Shown: in pieces, positions 7,952-10,433 of the stretch | Layout: each line of letters starts with the position of its first letter | Position numbering within the stretch: position 1 is the first letter of the stretch | NCBI GenBank assembly: GCA_037147375.1 | Contig: JBAWVI010000025.1 | Span: forward strand, 1-10,433 | Length of the DNA stretch: 10,433 nt | Direction: 5' to 3' | Source: an archaeon | GTDB taxonomy: Archaea; Iainarchaeota; Iainarchaeia; Iainarchaeales; CSSED10-239 | Translations under genes and position numbers: made by a program | The notes under the pieces: generated by a model | Database searches by the model: none | Seen by the model: the letters and a program-made list of their open reading frames with translations, nothing else | What the model was told of the DNA's origin: nothing

Positions 7952-8292
7952 TTCTTTTCACTTTTAGATTTATTTACCTTCTTAACTTCTGATTTAGGTT
8001 TATTAACTATTTGCTTTAAATGTGCTCTATGAACAATGATTTCCTTTTTCATGTTTCCATCATATATTTCAACAATAGGCACCTTTCCTTGAATTCCTAT
8101 AACCTTTCCAGTAATACCATGTGTTCTTCTAAATGGCATTCCTTCATGGAATGAACTATTAACCTTAATAGCTACAATGTCTCCAATCTTAATTGGTTTA
8201 ATAATATCATTAATTGTTGTCTTATCTCTAACTCCTCTACTGTACTTATATCTTGTTCTTGCTCTCTTTCCTATTGGTTTTTTATTTGTCAT
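7948..8292 (-). CDS. rpl21e: Ribosomal protein L21e (eL21)
   Basis: RTRYKYSR, GDIVAIKVNSSFHEGMPFRRTHGITGKV (the SH3-like core of L21e) and a Lys-rich tail. An AGGGTG SD-like site lies upstream. Confidence 0.92.
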   Translation of the reverse strand: MTNKKPIGKRARTRYKYSRGVRDKTTINDIIKPIKIGDIVAIKVNSSFHEGMPFRRTHGITGKVIGIQGKVPIVEIYDGNMKKEIIVHRAHLKQIVNKPKSEVKKVNKSKSEKK

Positions 8293-8607
8293 TTATAACA
8301 CCCTTCTTGTAATTTTTGTTTTTTTAGAAATATTATCTTACTTCTTACCAAAAACCAATTCAACATAAAATCATCTATACTAATAAATGAATAACTCAAA
8401 TCTATTTTTGATATTTCTATATATATTTATATATAGTTACTTTTAAAAAGCATTTTTATTTGAGGAGTAAGAACGAAATCTCTTTAGTTTATATTCCTTT
8501 AAAAACCCCTTTTTAAATGTTTTGCTTATAGTATATATCTAGAAGGTCATACAATTTCAAATTCTATTAATTATATTAAAACATATAAAGATTGTGAGGA
8601 ATTAAAT

Positions 8608-9159
8608 ATGAGTAATTATACAATTGTTAACTTAGTTGCATCAAGTTCGCTTGGAACAACTCTTGACTTATATAATCTAGCAGCAGCAATACCTGATGTT
8701 GAGTACGAACCTGAACAATTTCCTGGTGCAATTTTCAAAATAAAGGAACCAAAGGTATCTCTTTTATTATTCAAGAACGGTAAGATAATCATTTCTGGTG
8801 CAGCATCTGAAAAGGACATAGTTGCAGGAATTAAGAAAGCAACTAAATTAATTGCAGAGATCCAAAAGGAAGTATCTACAAAGAAGACTCCAAAATATGA
8901 GATTGTTAATCTTGTAGCTACATCAAGCCTTGGAAAAACAGTTGACTTATTTGAAGCAGCAGTAACTTTAGATGATATTGAGTACGAACCAGAACAATTC
9001 CCTGGAGCAATCATAAGACTTTACAATCCAAAGATAACTATACTTTTATTCAAGAATGGTAAGTTAATCTGTGCTGGTGCAAAGTCAGAAGATGATATTA
9101 GAAAGAGTGTTAACAAGGTTAAGGCTTTGCTTAAGACAGTTAAGGGAGATGCTGAATAA
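8608..9159 (+). CDS. tbp: TATA-box-binding protein
   Basis: Two tandem TBP repeats (aa 4-85 and 97-178), each with IVNLVA.SSLG..(L/V)DL, EYEPEQFPGAI and LLFKNGK. A GTGAGGA SD lies upstream. Confidence 0.97.
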   Translation: MSNYTIVNLVASSSLGTTLDLYNLAAAIPDVEYEPEQFPGAIFKIKEPKVSLLLFKNGKIIISGAASEKDIVAGIKKATKLIAEIQKEVSTKKTPKYEIVNLVATSSLGKTVDLFEAAVTLDDIEYEPEQFPGAIIRLYNPKITILLFKNGKLICAGAKSEDDIRKSVNKVKALLKTVKGDAE

Positions 9160-9170
9160 AGCACAGCCCC

Positions 9171-9186
9171 TTTTTCTTTTCTTTAT
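9171..9186 (+). terminator. Oligo-T tract, candidate archaeal terminator after tbp
   Basis: CCCC-TTTTTCTTTTCTTTAT begins 12 nt after the tbp stop. Archaeal RNAP terminates at T-runs. Confidence 0.4.
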
Positions 9187-9207
9187 TCCTTAAATATACA
9201 AACAATC

Positions 9208-9217
9208 TATTTTTAAA
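9208..9217 (+). promoter_or_regulatory. Candidate TATA box for the 5S rRNA gene
   Basis: TATTTTTAAA is centred about 27 nt upstream of the predicted 5S 5' end (9240), the canonical archaeal TATA-to-TSS spacing. Confidence 0.4.
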
Positions 9218-9239
9218 CTTAACTTATCCTAATTATATT

Positions 9240-9355
9240 GTTAGCGACCAAAGGAATGAAGAAACACCTGGACCCTTTCCGAACCCAGAAGTTAAGTTCA
9301 TTTCCGATTTTGTATGCTACTTGTTTCTGCAAGGTGCGTCTAGATAGTTGCTAAC
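9240..9355 (+). rRNA. rrf: 5S ribosomal RNA, stand-alone (no 16S/23S in window)
   Basis: CCGAACCCAGAAGTTAAG matches the archaeal 5S loop C / helix III consensus. Helix I is 9 bp: GTTAGCGAC (9240-9248) pairs with GTTGCTAAC (9347-9355). Helix II is GGAATGAA / TTCATTTCC. Length is about 116 nt, and the region is a local GC island. Confidence 0.9.
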
Positions 9356-9356
9356 A

Positions 9357-9382
9357 TTTTATATTTCTACTTTTTTCTTTTT
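9357..9382 (+). terminator. Oligo-T tracts, candidate terminator after 5S rRNA
   Basis: TTTT at 9357-9360 and TTTTTTCTTTTT at 9371-9382, directly after helix I of the 5S gene. Confidence 0.45.
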
Positions 9383-9508
9383 AAAAACTTATATTTTTTA
9401 AAATTTATTTATCTATTCTATTTTTTAAGTAAGGATAACGTTTTTGATCAAAGTTTACTATAATGTAGTTTTTTTTATTTTTTCTTAAATTATTTTGGAA
9501 AATTTATA

Positions 9509-9538
9509 AAGCTTTTTAAATAACAAGCGTTTTTAAAT
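9509..9538 (+). promoter_or_regulatory. Two direct copies of AAGC(G)TTTTTAAAT: candidate BRE/TATA elements or operator for the peptide / radical-SAM unit
   Basis: Copies at 9509-9521 and 9525-9538. The TTTTTAAA core also precedes the 5S gene (9210-9217). The distal-to-ATG spacing would place a TSS near 9560, giving a leader of about 30 nt that contains the SD. Confidence 0.3.
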
Positions 9539-9542
9539 GTGT

Positions 9543-9570
9543 ATATTTATAGATATTTATAGATATTTAT
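9543..9570. repeat. Tandem repeat, 10-bp unit ATATTTATAG, about 2.8 copies
   Basis: Units at 9543-9552 and 9553-9562 are identical, and 9563-9570 is a partial third copy. It lies between the putative TATA elements and the SD of the small ORF. Confidence 0.85.
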
Positions 9571-9579
9571 TATATAATA

Positions 9580-9587
9580 AAGGAGGA
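9580..9587 (+). promoter_or_regulatory. Shine-Dalgarno site (AAGGAGGA) for the 37-codon ORF
   Basis: The GGAGG core at 9582-9586 lies 7 nt before ATG 9594. It is the strongest SD match in the window. Confidence 0.6.
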
Positions 9588-9593
9588 AATATA

Positions 9594-9707
9594 ATGAATA
9601 AAAATAAAGTGATTGTACCAAAAAAAAGTATTTTAAAAAAAATGTATTCAAAATTAGAACTAAATAAAGCTAGTTTAGGATCTGGTTGGCATCAAAATAA
9701 CTGTTAG
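9594..9707 (+). CDS. Candidate RiPP precursor peptide, 37 aa: MNKNKVIVPKKSILKKMYSKLELNKASLGSGWHQNNC
   Basis: Hand-translated; it falls below the ORF-track length cutoff. It has a strong SD and a Lys-rich leader-like N-terminus. A Gly/Ser hinge (LGSG) precedes a short W-H-Q-N-N-C C-terminus. It ends with TAG 21 nt before the radical SAM start on the same strand. An in-frame upstream ATG at 9537 lacks an SD. Confidence 0.5.
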   Translation: MNKNKVIVPKKSILKKMYSKLELNKASLGSGWHQNNC

Positions 9708-9728
9708 TTAATTATTTAGACTGAAAAA

Positions 9729-10433
9729 ATGGAATCAAATAATTTAGTTGAGCAATATAAAGATAAATATATTTTTAGAAATAATTATACTTGGGGGATT
9801 TCAAAAAATAATAATAGAATATCTTTATTACCAAATATAAATATTAAAAAAAAAAAGATTCCATTTGTTGTAATATTTAAAATAACAAAACAGTGCAATT
9901 TAAATTGTAAGTATTGTTATTCAAAAAAAAAATCTAATTTTATTAATTTAAGCGTAATTGACAATCTTTGTGATGAAATTTTGGCTTACAAAAAACCCAT
10001 ACAGTTAATTTTTCATGGTGGCGAACCACTATTAGAAATAGAAAAAATAAAATATATTATTAAAAAGTTAAAAACCAAAAAAAATATATATTATAGTATT
10101 CAGACGAATGGGGTTTTATTGGACAAAAATATAATTATTTTCTTTAAAAAAAATAATGTTAAAGTATGTATTAGTTTAGATGGTCCAAAAAAATATCACA
10201 ATTTATATCGTTCAAATTTTGAAGACACCTACAATTCAATTAATTTATGTAATAATTATGGTCTAAATCCATCTGTTATTTGTGTTTTGAATGAATTGTC
10301 AATTAAGCACCCAAAGAGTATATTTATTTTTTTTAAAAAGTTAAATATAAATAGAATTAAATTTAATTTAATTAGTTCTAAAGAAAAACATTATTCTGGT
10401 GAAGAGGTACTTTATTTTTATAAAAAAATTTAC
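9729..10433 (+). CDS. Radical SAM enzyme, anSME/SPASM-type peptide-modifying subfamily (5' partial; runs off the window after 235 codons)
   Basis: Hand-translated with no stop through to the window end. Motifs are C56-NLN-C60-KY-C63 (9894-9917), GGEPLL (10017-10034), IQTNG (Q125-G128) and ISLDGPKKYHNLYR (from 10173). The ORF is absent from the track only because it is open-ended. Confidence 0.85.
   Translation, partial: MESNNLVEQYKDKYIFRNNYTWGISKNNNRISLLPNINIKKKKIPFVVIFKITKQCNLNCKYCYSKKKSNFINLSVIDNLCDEILAYKKPIQLIFHGGEPLLEIEKIKYIIKKLKTKKNIYYSIQTNGVLLDKNIIIFFKKNNVKVCISLDGPKKYHNLYRSNFEDTYNSINLCNNYGLNPSVICVLNELSIKHPKSIFIFFKKLNINRIKFNLISSKEKHYSGEEVLYFYKKIY

Noticed and set aside
8177-8368. 63-aa hydrophobic plus-strand ORF
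   Set aside because: It mostly overlaps rpl21e in antisense. The hydrophobic Leu/Ile/Phe run is the expected complement of a Lys/Asn-rich gene.
8387-8446. 19-codon hydrophobic mini-ORF (MNNSNLFLIFLYIFIYSYF) in the L21e/tbp spacer
   Set aside because: It has no SD, and it lies in low-complexity AT-rich DNA where such frames arise by chance. There is no supporting context.
8616-9014. 132-aa minus-strand ORF
   Set aside because: It is antisense to tbp, whose identity is unambiguous.
9543-9570. Possible CRISPR or minisatellite
   Set aside because: There are only about 2.8 copies of a 10-bp unit with no spacers. That is far too short for CRISPR, so I treat it as a promoter-proximal tandem repeat.
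9537-9593. Extended 56-aa version of the small ORF starting at ATG 9537 (MCIFIDIYRYLLYNKGGNI...)
   Set aside because: It is in frame and stop-free, but it has no SD and would translate the 10-bp tandem repeat and the SD itself. ATG 9594, with AAGGAGGA 7 nt upstream, is far more plausible. It remains an alternative to test.
9705-9731. The peptide ORF and rSAM ORF share a frame and are separated by two TAG codons (9705, 9717). This raised the idea of amber readthrough or pyrrolysine fusing peptide to enzyme. TAG is used as a stop nowhere else in this window.
   Set aside because: Sharing a frame has a 1-in-3 chance. Two TAGs within 15 nt look like real termination, and the rSAM ORF has its own ATG. 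Nothing here indicates Pyl machinery. It is worth only a quick check for pylTSBCD in the full genome.
9729-10433. Alternative reading of the rSAM ORF as MoaA (molybdenum cofactor biosynthesis), which also has CNxxCxYC, GGEPLL and TNG motifs
   Set aside because: The SLDGPxxxHxxxR block, the QTNG context and the 55-residue N-terminal extension fit the anSME/SPASM peptide-modifying subfamily better. So does the adjacent SD-led short ORF. It cannot be fully excluded without the C-terminal half.

Overview
AT-rich archaeal fragment. Archaea-specific markers are TBP, ribosomal protein L21e, RNA polymerase subunit Rpo4/F, a DUF655 protein and a 503-aa AMP phosphorylase. Tight gene packing and the gene content resemble small-genome (DPANN-like) archaea, but that placement is only a guess. 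Positions 143-9355 are mostly housekeeping. They carry two convergent, overlapping HAD-fold genes, a signal-peptide surface protein and a YdjM-like membrane hydrolase. Next come UppP, a lysine-rich ORFan and a thioredoxin / AMP phosphorylase pair. The conserved archaeal operon L21e-Rpo4-DUF655-KsgA lies on the minus strand, followed by TBP and a stand-alone 5S rRNA. The interesting part is after the 5S gene (9356-10433), where the supplied ORF track is empty. Composition drops to extreme AT there. A 37-codon ORF with the best Shine-Dalgarno site in the window (9594-9707) lies 21 nt upstream of an open-ended ORF (9729 to the window end). I translated that ORF by hand. It carries CxxxCxxC, GGEPLL, QTNG and SLDGPxxxHxxxR motifs, which mark an anSME/SPASM-type radical SAM peptide-modifying enzyme. 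I read this as a candidate radical-SAM RiPP or peptide-derived-cofactor cassette in an archaeon, cut off by the window edge. Secondary oddities are a UppP lacking the conserved His, a HAD-fold protein lacking both motif-I aspartates, an unusually symmetric TBP, and many long homopolymer tracts in the rSAM locus.
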